From NCBI GenBank assembly GCA_012295275.1, contig CM022667.1, forward strand, positions 12,090,001 to 12,154,000: a DNA stretch of 64,000 bases, given 5' to 3'. Under the pieces are notes generated by a model that was not told the origin of the DNA, searched no databases, and worked only from the letters and a program-made list of their open reading frames with translations. Of this stretch, positions 42,207 to 55,520 are shown piece after piece. How positions within the stretch are numbered: the first letter of the stretch is position 1; each line of letters starts with the position of its first letter. The position numbers and the translations under genes were made by a program. This DNA comes from Chrysomallon squamiferum. Its lineage: Eukaryota > Animalia > Mollusca.

Positions 42207-42844
42207 AAGGTTGTGACGAAAAAAACGAAGATATTAACGTAGAGATAGATCTATCTGCCGACGTCACCAAATCGAAGATGTCATCAGAGCCAATCAAAAC
42301 TAAGTTCACAAACGACCTGTTCAACGACTCCGACTGTCTGTCTCCCGTTCCGAGCGTCGGCGAAGATTCGCGAAGTCGCCTGTCGCCGCCTCAGTCACGT
42401 GACTCGGACTCGTACAGCAGCGAAGGACTCAACCACTCAGATATTGAACACGATTCGCAGAACAAACCGAAAATTTGGTCCGTGACTGATTTTTTACATA
42501 GCACGTCATCAAAAGTGTTGGGAACGCCCCCGAGCATGTTTGACAGTAAACGAAATTGTGGTGATACCCAAGATTCTCGGATGGCGCCGAACCTTCTAGG
42601 AGGGGTGCAGACGAACAACCCCGTTACGAGTCTAGGACACAACCCTTTGTTCTCTTCGTACCCTCATTCCCTCGGGTACTCTTCCGGTTCATTCCCTTAC
42701 GGCTTGTCCACCACAGGGATGGGGAAGTTAATATCCCGTCAGGCTCTCAACAGGTTTAATCCGTACTCCACCCCAAGGCAAGCCGCCGCTGACTCTGGAT
42801 TCCCCGGCCCCCGGGATTTTAGTATTGTCCGCGAGGGTGAGTGA
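42207..42844 (+). CDS. Irx: Iroquois coding exon 5 with IRO box (KPKIWSVTDFL, 42464-42496); stop TGA 42842-42844 if terminal
   Basis: ttttcag acceptor; C+AA gives Gln in frame with ORF 42032-42844; KPKIWS is the IRO-box core; Ser/Pro-rich. The 3' end is uncertain because a consensus donor overlaps the stop. Confidence 0.93.
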
Positions 42845-42935
42845 ATATAGAAAGAGTGTATAGAATGTGCCACACCCCCACCAGTGCATAGACTGTGTAT
42901 GTTTTTTTTGGTTTTTTTTTTTTGTTTCTCGTTGT

Positions 42936-42941
42936 AATAAA
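42936..42941 (+). terminator. Candidate proximal polyadenylation signal AATAAA
   Basis: First AATAAA after the exon-5 stop, about 90 nt downstream. Weak evidence because the hexamer is common in AT-rich DNA. Confidence 0.3.
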
Positions 42942-43132
42942 TTGTCGAAATCCACTCCGCTCTGTTGTCTGTTCAGTACCGTTGAAATGAAAACACACGT
43001 GTAACTCATTAATAACTCGTTTATAATTCATTTATAAATATTATTTAATCTAGATATTTAATGAAACTTTCAGTGCATGATCTTTTTAAAATAGAGAGAG
43101 AAAAAAAATAGTATTTACTGAATTTGAGTTAA

Positions 43133-43195
43133 AACGCTATTTATCTAGGTAATTAGTTCTTTAATGAATTAATTATTTTATTTAAATTATTATTA

Positions 43196-43244
<49 letters not shown>

Positions 43245-43333
43245 GCATTATTATTATTATCATTATTATTATTATTATTATTAACGTTATTTATCTAGTT
43301 AATTATTTCTTTAATGAATTAATTATTTTATTT
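43133..43333 (+). repeat. ~50-bp direct duplication flanking an (ATT)n tract
   Basis: AACGCTATTTATCTAGGTAATTAGTTCTTTAATGAATTAATTATTTTATTT (43133-43183) recurs with 3 substitutions at 43283-43333. Confidence 0.9.
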
Positions 43334-44044
43334 TACTTATTTACATACTAACCTACTTACTTACGTACTTTCGTATTTTATACTTTTTCCATTTACTTCT
43401 TTTTTTCAAACTATTCATTATTAATAACTGTCAGTCCACTGTAACTAGGCACCAAAGATATATATATATATATATAAAAATAAATAAAATAAAATAAATA
43501 AAAATTAATAATAATAAAAATGTACTTCTATATATATTTTTTTTTTTTTCACAGAAGTTCAAATTAGGTTCATTCAGGTTAACAGCGCTTATTAGCAAAA
43601 GATTTGTCTAAAATATATGACAATTAAGAAAATCTTTCTATTCATCTGTCAAAAAAGCTTAAAAACTTACTTAACAAAAATGTAAGTAGGACAACATTAT
43701 TTTAAAATAATGATGATGGTGATGATAATAATAATAATAATAACAGTAATAATGAGGTAGACAAGATGATAAAGACAAGCATAAGAGACAGCGAGAAAAT
43801 AATATAAAATAGAATAAGAAAAAAGTATAGATGAATGTTTATAGTAACAATAGCAAAGTTTAAAAAAACAAGGAAATATATTCATTTTCAGTTAAAGTTG
43901 GAGTCACAAAAAATCGAAGATTAAGAACAATAAAAACTATAGTGATAATAATAATATTAATAATAATAATAACTGTAATAATAACAACAATAAAGACAGC
44001 ATGATCACCGTCATCATCATCATCATCATTATCATTATTATTAC

Positions 44045-44078
<34 letters not shown>

Positions 44079-45425
44079 GTTATTATTATTATTATTATTA
44101 TTATGATTATCGGAAATAAATATCTTGTTATTAAACCACAGATAAACAAACTGTGTAATAACTAATGACTTTTAATTAATTTTACCTACTCTATACATCC
44201 AGGTGTTTTATTTTCATTAGTTTACTCAGTTTGTTTACTCAGTCACCTTTCCACCAGCATGAACTGCAGGCAAATATTTTGAACACCTGTGTGACGTATT
44301 TCATTGATGATTCAATCTGCATGACAAGGTTGGAAGAGCGAATATAGAACATAGAATTTTTTTTTTTTTTTTTTTTATATACTTGTAAAGAATATTTTAA
44401 TAATCATCAAAATGACCTATGCAAATAATTAAAGTCACAAAAAAAAAATAGTACAAAAAAAAAAAAAATAAAAAAAAAAAAAACACGTACGAAACTATTC
44501 AAAACCCTGAGACATCAAAAACATGAAATGTTTGTATTTGAGATTGCTGGAACAAGCCGTGAAAGTTATGCATTTGTAAACATATTGAGTTGAATCCTGA
44601 AGGCGATTCAACTGTTTCTCGGGTAAAGGCGAGGGTTATTAAAAAACGGGTAAGAATCGCCGTGTAAAAAAAAACTGGCACATTCTCCGTGGATATTGTG
44701 ATTTGGTTGTTTTGTGTTTGTCCGATGCACCTTGAAAGCGACTCCCAATACCCTCGTACGATCAAAAAGAAGGTGGTGAATTTTTAGAATATTTTTTCTT
44801 CTTCTTCTGCTAAATGTTAAAGTAAAATAAAAGGCTGTTAGATAATAGAGACACATATATATTAATAACACGCTTTCTCACACCCACACCTATTTATACG
44901 TACAACAAAATAGATTCTGTTATTGATCTTTTGAAATCACTAATCTATACTCGGAAAATATATATAAGGATGATGATAATAATATTAATAACAATAATAT
45001 ACATATATATATATATATATAAATTAATAATAATAATAATAATTTCTCACACTTTTAAATGAAATATGAACCCGAAAATGGCCCCCAGGCTTAAATCTAA
45101 TTGATTGTCGACCTTTTTAAGTTCAAACTTAGTAACCGAATTACTTTGACCTTCAGGAAGCATGTTTTGGCGTTCTAGATACAACGCATTTTTTTGTTTC
45201 CTTTTCTTTTTTAAATGTACTATTAGCATTTTGTATGTGTTGTCCTTTTTCATATCTTGTAAAATAAATAAAAAAATTATATATGTCCGTACTTAGCTGC
45301 TAGATTCACGAATATTAGACCCTTTTTCTATATTGGTAATGCTTTTGAAATATTTTATTTATTATATTTATTTAATTTTTTTATTATCATTATTATTATC
45401 TTTTCATATATACTGAATATCTATC

Positions 45426-45473
<48 letters not shown>

Positions 45474-46415
45474 GTAACTGTTGATCTTGTTGTTCTTATT
45501 AACCATTTGATTTATCTTTTTTTTTTATTACATATAATAATAATAATAACAACAACAACAACAGTATATCTATATTACAGGTTTAAAGATTACCTTTAAA
45601 TCAAATGAAATAAAAGTAATTTATCTAGTAATTAAATAAAAATGTCTATAAAATAAGAACAACTTCAAAATCAGATATAATGGAAGAAGAAGAAGAAGAA
45701 GAATGAATGAATGAATGAATGAGACAGAAAAGGAGCATCAACACGAAATTTAAACTCTATTCTACCCAGAAACTATCTGTGACAGAGCAAGGTTAGAGGT
45801 ACTTCTATTTTTAAGCTAAACAAAAAAAATCACACGGTCGAAATCTGGTTTTACGTTTTTTTATTTTTTTAAAAAAAGGTTGAAGAAGAAAGAAAGAAAG
45901 AAATCGTTGTGAACTGCCGGGGCTAAATGTATCAAATGTTAAGACGCAATCAATACGATTAGCAGTGAAGGCAGGGGGTTCACTGATTCACAGCGAAACG
46001 TCGCTCGTTTGCAGACGAGTCACTTGGTGCGCCAGAGATAGGGAGGAATTTACGTTGATAATCGGCCATATTTATTCTTTTTTATGAATATGAAAAGCCT
46101 AATACATTCGTACGTTCTATTTACGATCGAGAAGAAGCGATAAAGTGTATCTTTTCACGGTTATAATTGTCACACAGGAGCGATATTTTATGACGTGGGT
46201 CACGAGTAATCATGCCACCTGCTGAATATAAATTTTTATATTGATGTATTTATTTTCGTTAATTACGTTTATCGTATACACTAATACGAATGCACGCTTG
46301 TCGTTATTTCTAGAGTGCATGGGTATGTATGTATGTGTGTGTGTGTGTGTGTGTGTTACTGTGTGTGTAATGGCTGTAATGAACAACATGAACAGCAACA
46401 ACAGTAACAACAGTC

Positions 46416-46447
<32 letters not shown>

Positions 46448-46663
46448 CAAAGTCAACAACAACAACAATGAAAGCAAGAATAAAATATAAAACAAACGAA
46501 ACGAAGAGACAGAAGCAATGAATGAATGGAATATAGAAAACAGAAACCAAATCAAAAAGAATAAAATAAAAAAAATTAGGAAGCAAAGAAGGAAGAAACA
46601 GATAAAAAAAAAAAAAAAAGAAGAAGAAGAAAAAAAAAGAAACTAAATGAAAATACCAAAACC

Positions 46664-46717
<54 letters not shown>

Positions 46718-46791
46718 ATTTAACTTCCACACTTTTTCTCTCTCTCTCTACTTGCATTTCGTCTTCCCAACATTAATATAAAAATATAAAA

Positions 46792-46839
<48 letters not shown>

Positions 46840-47421
46840 GTAGGTATTTGGCGAGGAGATACCGCGGTACACGCTAAACTCGAGCAGAGGAATCATCAAT
46901 CTTAGTAACAAGAGACAGGTGTGCAAACTGTTAACCAAGTTGATGGCATAAAATTTTAATGAGAACGCGCTCACCTGTACGCTGCATTTCGCCATGGTGT
47001 CGTGACCGCTGTCTGTTCACAAATGTTTTATGTCAGGTTCGTGCACGAGGGGCGGTCCCTGGGCTATTCACTGGAGGCGGAGGAGGAGGGAGATAGGGCG
47101 GGGAGAAGAAAAAAAAAAGAGGTCAAATTACTGGTGAAAAGAAATATACTGCATTTATTAAAAAGAAAAAAAAAAAAATCGAAAAAAAAAAAAAGAAAAA
47201 AAAAAAAAAACGAAGAAAAAAAAAATGAAATTTGTCATTAATGATAAAATTTGGCTTATGTTGGTTAAATAATAATAGTAGTGATGGGTGTATTATTATT
47301 ATTATTATTATTAGTAGTAGTAGTAGTAATAACAATAACAACAAGAACATCAACAACAATAGTAACAATGTTGATGATGCTGAAGATTATGACAACAACA
47401 ACAACAACAATAACAATACTA

Positions 47422-47459
<38 letters not shown>

Positions 47460-47840
47460 TTATAATAACAATAATAATAATAATAATATAAATAATAATA
47501 ATAATTATTATAATTATAACAATAATAATAATAACAATAACAATAATAATAATTATAATAATAATAATAATTATCAACAACAATAGAAACCTAACAAGAC
47601 GTATTCAGGACATATAAAAATATGATGTATATAAAAGTCACATAAAACCTGTACACAAGAAATTATTCCCGATGACAAAATGCCACAATCCATTCGAAGC
47701 TGACTTGTCAAAATGTTATAAAAATGACAAACTTGTCCAGCCTTGGGGAAATAATTTCGCAAAAACCCCTGATTAATGGCAGCATAAAAACAACGTCCTT
47801 AGGCAAGTCAACATATAAATATATAAATATATACATACTA

Positions 47841-47877
<37 letters not shown>

Positions 47878-48245
47878 TATTTTTTATTATTATTTTTACC
47901 TGTTAATTCTCAGGTAATTAAATACGAAGTTTATCTCCAAGTTTTCACAGTTAGCTAATTGCATTAAGACCGTGTTAAGTGCAGGTAAACTTGTTTAGTA
48001 ATTCGCTTGTGTTTCAAGACCTTGCTTTAATTTACTTATGTCATGTTTTTTTTTTATTTTATTGGCTCGTAAAAGAAAGAGAAATTACAACTCTACTCGC
48101 TAGCCTCAGGCCTGGAAAATTAGAGGCAAGAAAAGAAGCAAAAAAAAAACAAACAATAAAAAAAGCAAGGAATCTTTTTATTAACCTGCTTCAGAAGAGT
48201 TTGTTAGCAGGTCAGAAGGATTTAATATTATTCAAAATAATAGTC

Positions 48246-48346
<101 letters not shown>

Positions 48347-48451
48347 TTTTATTATTTTAAAATGTGGTTTATGACTGAAAAGAAATTCCATCATTGTCTG
48401 AATGTTATCAACAGTTAGCATATTATTATTATTATTATTATTACAATTACA

Positions 48452-48500
<49 letters not shown>

Positions 48501-48564
48501 CAGGTTGCAACAGAATTTAACAGCTACCACTTCCAAGGCAGTTTATTGTTCATTTTAAATTAAC

Positions 48565-49680
48565 ATCATACTGCAGTACACCATAGCATACCAAAATGTA
48601 TCACACCACCTCACATAACACATACGATATCAAATTACATATTTTCATGCCACCCCTCACCATTCCCCACCACACAAGATCACATTATTATAATACCATA
48701 GCATACAATAAAACTGAAACCAACACACCATATTACATTATACTCTCCCATAACAAACACAGCCGTTATAGTATATCAGACTGAACTGTACCGTTATATA
48801 TTATACCATAGTCATAACAGTTTACCATGTAACATAATATCTTAACTCATAGCTTTTTGGTTCATCCGCCATAAATATAAGGATTACCTTCAGCAGTAAA
48901 TATATATATATATATAAACACAAACACACACACTTATACACACGCAAACGCATACAGACACACACGTATATTTACATTTGTTTTTTTCGCTTCCTTAACG
49001 ATTTGTCGCTATAACCATTTCACTAAAAAATCATCGACATGATTATCTTACTTCTGCTTCTGACAGATGTAAAGACGAGATTAAAGTAAATAAATTCATC
49101 ACCTGAACACACAGACACTCACACAAACTAATAAGTAAATAAATACATAAAGCGAAGTGCGTAGAGTTCACAGTGTCAGTTTCACTTACATGTGATGCAT
49201 TTTGCCTCTGTTTTAATTTTCAGTGTACTTCTTCATGTTGACATCTAAAATACGCTATTCTGTACAATTTTATAATTATTCTACTAAGCTGTTATGTCAG
49301 TGTTACATTCTGCCATGCTATTCTGCACAGTACTGTATTATACTAAGCATTCTATGCAATACCTCATATCGTTCTAAGCATTCTGTACAATACTGTATTA
49401 TTCTAAGCGATTCTGTATGGTAATGCATGTCTATTCTACTAAGTTCTTCTTTTCAATATTATAATGCGATACCACAGCCTAACAGGCCATAAAATTAAAC
49501 CATGCCATACCATATAGATTATACCTTATCTTACCATATCATGTCATAGTATGCAATACAAAACAATACATATAATTTTATTATCATAGAATATCAGAAT
49601 ACCTTAACATATAACATAACTCATATAGTTTCCACACTACACCACTTTCAGTATATATAACTGTATGACACAGAATATAT
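48565..49680. repeat. Two patches of decayed pentamer-type (CAYAY/TAYTG) low-complexity repeat
   Basis: 48565-48850 is rich in CATAC/CACAT/ATACC. 49250-49620 repeats TATTCT(G/A)(T/C)(A/G)CA and TACTGTATTAT..CTAAGC (49331, 49391). Confidence 0.55.
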
Positions 49681-51253
49681 CTTTATAATAATTATTTTTT
49701 AAATTTCATTTTATAAACAACATTATCTTCTTTGCTTCGATTCGTTCTTCCTTCTGCTTTCTTTCTTTCTTTCCTTCTTTCTTTTCAGTTTTTGTTTCAT
49801 TTCCTTTCTCAAGTTTTTGAGCCACTTAAACAAAAACGGGACCGCACACGTGACGCACTTATGACGTAATAAAACTGGCAAGTCATACGTCATTAATTCT
49901 GTTAGGCCATGCGGACTTTCCATTCCAGCATCCTTAAGCCACGAACAAAATACGGAAAGCATCGAAACCAATTTATTAGCTACTTTGAGAAATGGGTGAT
50001 GGTAATAGTAATTATCTAGTGACTTAGATGGGCTAATATGTCTTGTGAGTTAGGTTTAGCGGTGACAGGATACACATGTTTCGTTGGGCTAGGCTGTCCG
50101 GTCTGGGCTACCAGCCCGTGAGAAACAAAGGGAAAAACCAACGAACAACTTCAAGATGTTAAACGTCATCGATGATGAAATGTACATCTGTTCTCATAAA
50201 GGTTTCTGCGTGTTTTACTGGGGCTAGAAGGGGCAGGGGGTGTGAAGAGGGGAGTAGGAATGTGAGTATTCCCCTTCATTTCAGTTTTATTTGTATATTT
50301 ATTTTTATTTTAATATTTATGATTTTCTTTTTCTTTCTGAAATCACAAAACTGCTTCTGCTCAATAAAAGTTATTTATCAATTAGTGTGTTGTATTTTCT
50401 GGGGTTTTGGGGGATGTTTATTTGGTTTTAGTATCTATCTATCTATCTATCTATTTATCTATCTATATATCTAGCTATAGAATCCAATATTTATTATTAT
50501 TATTACTACTACTACTACTACTACTACTTTTTTATTTTAGTGTATGTCTGGCTTTTTTCTTAATCTTCGTTACCTTCTTTTTCGTCATCTTCTTCATAAA
50601 TGAAATTATTGTTATAACTGCGTGAGTAATTATCATCATCATTAATATATTGTTTTATAGTCGTAATTCTTTTTTATATTTAATGTAAGTTACCATTTAT
50701 TTATTTATTTATATTTTTATTTTTTATTTTATTTTATTTTATTTATATTTTTATTTTATTTATATTTTATATTTATTTATTTTATTTTATTTTATTTATT
50801 TATTTATTTTATTTATTTATATTTTCCTTTCAAAACAATTATAAAATTATAAATTATAAAATTAACACAAATGACTGTATTATTATCAGAAATCATTACA
50901 AACATATTTCATGTTCTGTTTCTCAAGGAGCTGGAAGTTTTTGTTGGCCTCTCAAATCAGCCAAGCGTTTGACGTAATACATCAGTCTCGATGTCAGAGC
51001 GAGGCTCGTAAAACTTGTTGAGGCGACTCATTACTTAAAATATTTTGTCGTTGACATTCCGTGAGAAATAAACAAGAAAAAAAGTTATACTGCAATAAAT
51101 AACGGGATTGTACTGATATGTAGACAAGTCATTTTATGATAAAGTAAATTAATTTTTTTTATTTTTATTTATTTTTTATTTTTTTTTTTTAACAAACGAT
51201 ATAGATAAACAGTTTTGAGTGATTAAATCAATTTCTTTATTATGGTTTTATAC

Positions 51254-51303
<50 letters not shown>

Positions 51304-51610
51304 TTATTATTCCTGATGTTGTTGTTGTTGTTGTTGTTTAATAAGAAGAAGAACAGTGGTAGTAGTAGTAGTGTGTGTTGCTTTGCTTGTTGCTTGTATT
51401 TGGAAAAATAATATTTTATATAATTTTGTTTTATTTTACTAATTTAGAATAAGATTATTTACTTTCTAAGTAATTCATTAATTAATATTTTTATTTGTTT
51501 GTTTGTTTTATTTGTTTCCTAATCTGTTGATTTACCTATATGTCTGTGAGTCTCTTTAGTTTTTTTTTTTAGTAAATACAATTACTACACGTACTCATTA
51601 TAAGAATAAC

Positions 51611-51645
<35 letters not shown>

Positions 51646-52681
51646 GACGAATTCATGAACAGACAGCGAAACAAGCAGACAAGCAAAAGAATATGAAATA
51701 AAATAAATCAAATTCCATTTCGACACCAATAATAAATAAATAAATACATAAATAAATAAAAATTATAGCTGCACAGTTAAAAACAAATTGTTTTTTTTTT
51801 TTATTTAAAGACACAAGACACTGAAAAAGAAAGAAAGAAAAGAAAAGAAAAGAAAAAGAAAAAGAAAAGGTGAAAGGAGCGAAACAAAGAAACAAAAAGG
51901 TCAGGACATTTACAAGAACTAACGATGTCTATTTCTCGGTCACGTGACTTGTAGCTCGTGCGCCACGCCAATTTTTACACGTTTTACGTCATTTTTACTC
52001 AAATCTCGACCAATTCTCGACTAATGCCGCAAATTACGCGATGACGAAAACTTCGAACAATTAGATTTTGGCTTTCACGTGTAATTTACAGGCGGGTTAT
52101 TGATTGTGACCGGCTCGATTTCTGATATTGATTAGGTTAGTGTTACATAGAAAACACATTTCTGTGTCGTTTTCGCTTCGTCGTGCTAGAATCACTCACG
52201 CTGATACGGAAATCGACAATATGAGCCAGAGATTATAATAATAATAATAGCTTTGAGTCAGTGCTCAAATCTGAAAGATGCACGTTCGTTAGTGCAACAG
52301 ATATTTATGTGTATCTTTTTCTTTTTTTTTTCTTTGTTTCTTTGTTTTTTATTTATTTATTTATTTATAATTAATGTTATTGTTATTATTATTGTTGTTG
52401 TTGTTGTTATTGTTGCTGATGATATTCTGAACATGAATCACGATGACAGTAGTAGTAGTAGTAGTAATAGTAGTAGTAGTAGTGTAGTAGTAGTAGTAGT
52501 AATAATAATAATAATGAAATTTCATTATTTTCAAAAATGTTAATTAAACTTTACTATGACCTTTTTTTTTCCCTTGAACTTTTTCTGATCTTTATTATCA
52601 TATGTTTTTTAACTCCACCGAATAATAATAAAAAGATGTAAGTGAATTAGAAAAATAAAATAAAATAAAATAAATGAATAA

Positions 52682-52713
<32 letters not shown>

Positions 52714-54897
52714 GAATAAACGAATAAACAACTAAATGAATACATTTACAATAATTATTACAATAAATACACATTGTATTAGTCAGTTAGTGTGTTAGTA
52801 ATAGATGCTGAAGTGTTTTTGATTTGTGAAACTAAATCCTACACAGTAATAAAAAGGAAACGAAAAACGTCATTATAATTACCTTCACTACATCACCTGT
52901 ACTTTAACTTTACATATACAATATGAATGATTTAATGAATTAATGAAAGGAACTATATATATTTAACGTCACCCCAGCACAAAAAAATATATCGGTTGCT
53001 GGGTGTCAAACAAAGGTAAATGGTAACATATACAATATGTACAAGCATAAGTTAATATACATTAGTAAGTATCTACACATTAAATTCCTATATATCTATG
53101 AATCAAACTATCATATACCACAAATATTTTTTATCTGTCTTCATTTTAGCGTTCGTTTTTTATTTCTACTTATGTTAATATTATTCACTAATAATACACT
53201 TTAAAGGACACACACACACACACAGACACACGCACACACACAAACACATATAAAATTAAGTAGTTAATAAATATTAAAATGTATGTTACCTGAATCGGCA
53301 CAAAATAACAAAAATGTACTCAAAGAAAAGTGTATTATAACCATCATTACATCATCTTCACATTTAAAACAATGCTTCCGCGATAAAGTACACATAGTAC
53401 AATATTTTAGTATTTTTGTCACTGTTACTTTATTACAGTGTCTAACAGGATTAACCCCAGTGTGAACGTTTACTTTGTGCAGACATAAAGTCACCGTTAT
53501 TGTTACCGTAAACAGTAAATTGTTGTTACCGTTTTATTATTCTCTACAGATTTATGATGTCAAGAAAATGGTTTATATTAATTACCTGTTTTGTAATAAA
53601 AGACTCGTACGGTTTTTTTTTTTTTTTTTTTTTTAATTATAATTTATTATAATGTATTATATATATGTGGCTATGAATAGCTCATTTTGTTTTTGTTCGT
53701 TTATTTTTTGATAAATAAAAACTGACAAAAAGAAAACAGAAACAAAACAGTCATTCGTGGACTCATTTACGTTTATATAAAATGATGCTAAAAATTTACT
53801 TTATACTCAAAATCTTATGTATGCATCTACACGTTACATCTTAAGCATCTGTGCAAAGTATCCATCTAAATAATATGAAACCTGTCTACTAAATTTAAGG
53901 TTGTCTCCCATTTGTTACACACCCAGATGTCACTCAGTCATCTTAGGAACTAATTAAACGACTCCCTGAAATATTAGTGAATTAATCACCGGTTGTAAGT
54001 TCGCCAGTCTGTCAGTATGTTCGTACACAGTGCTATAAGTGCCTTAAAAAAAAACAACCTCATTGTGGCGCATTAATCTGGGACTACTTTTATTTAAGAC
54101 CCTATTTTCTCTACGACACTTTATTCGGTCTTTAACCCGAAGAAAACAGATTATTTTCTTTCTTTCTTTCTTTCTTTCTTTCTTTTCTTTTTTTTTTTTT
54201 TTTTTTTTCATTTTTTTTATTTCTTATTCAATTAATCATTGCGAATGTTTTCACAGCGACACATCTGTTTTACATCCATCTCAAAGACCCGTTACGCGAT
54301 TCTTTGACAAATTAAAGTTGGTAATTCGCCGGAAATAGATCAATCCAAGAAGTGCACATTTCAGAAGCCTTTTATCTTCTGTGTGTGTTTATCGGCGCGG
54401 TTCTTCGGGACAGGTAAGATGCATTATTACTGAGAATTAATGTACAACCAATCTTGACGATTATTGGTTTGCCACGAAAACAGGAAGCGACCGGAGAGCT
54501 CTTTTCAGGGACAATAACTCTAACGTCTTCAAAAAGCCCTTTCATATCGAGCGCGTATTAATTGTGGAAAATCGGCCCAATACTAATGAAGCATTGAGCA
54601 TTTCCGATTATCAGATTCAGCACTACGAAGGCTCTCCGATATTTCGCAGAGGAAATTGAACGCTATTAGGTTTTTATTTGATAAAATGCATGAACACTGT
54701 GACCAAAATTAATCGAAACAAAACCAGAGGTAATTTGTAAGAGTGCTTTTACATATGTCCATTGCCTAGATGATTTGATCGTTAATCAATACGGGCTTTA
54801 TTAAACAGCGCTAGAATATTATTGGCAGGTACAGGGTGACTCGTACTAACATGTTCTATTTAGAAACAACTTGTTAATCACTCGTTCATTTGTCACA

Positions 54898-54932
<35 letters not shown>

Positions 54933-54944
54933 TTTCAAAGCTTG

Positions 54945-55030
54945 GGACCACGCATGCGCTTATGGCGCGCCATCTACGCATGCGTCTTGGGAAAGATTTT
55001 CTCCGTTTATCTGCACGCATGCGTGCGAAT
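54945..55030. promoter_or_regulatory. NRF1/Ewg-like plus YY1-like palindrome cluster (promoter-type signature)
   Basis: CGCATGCG at 54951, 54977 and 55016; ATGGCGCGCCAT at 54962-54973. Confidence 0.45.
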
Positions 55031-55424
55031 GCTGATCGTTGTTACTGAGGCAGACAACTCATAAAGGAATTTGTTAATTTTTTGATATTTTATTAAAACT
55101 AAATAATAATAATAATAATAAAAAAAAAGATTAAATAAATAAAAATGTATGTCTGTCTGTCAGCGTTGCTAACAAAGTGTTTTATTAATAGTAGTAGTAT
55201 GATGTAACGCTGTGTCTCTCTGTCTCTCTGTTGTCTATCGCTGACTCTGTCGTTCATGCTTGTAGCTCTCTTTGTGTGCGTATATTTCTGCCCATCTGTC
55301 TCTTCGTATGTGTATGTTTGTTTATAACTTAAACGAGAAATTTATTTAATCTTTTATTACAATTTATCATAGCAAATGAATTAGTGTTTGAAATGTTAGT
55401 AATGATATATATATATATACATAC

Positions 55425-55427
<3 letters not shown>

Positions 55428-55518
<91 letters not shown>
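55428..55518. repeat. (GA)n microsatellite
   Basis: Direct reading. Confidence 0.97.

Positions 55519-55520
<2 letters not shown>

Noticed and set aside
42791-42808. DSGFPG as a beta-TrCP phosphodegron
   Set aside because: Lacks the terminal Ser/Thr of DSGxxS.
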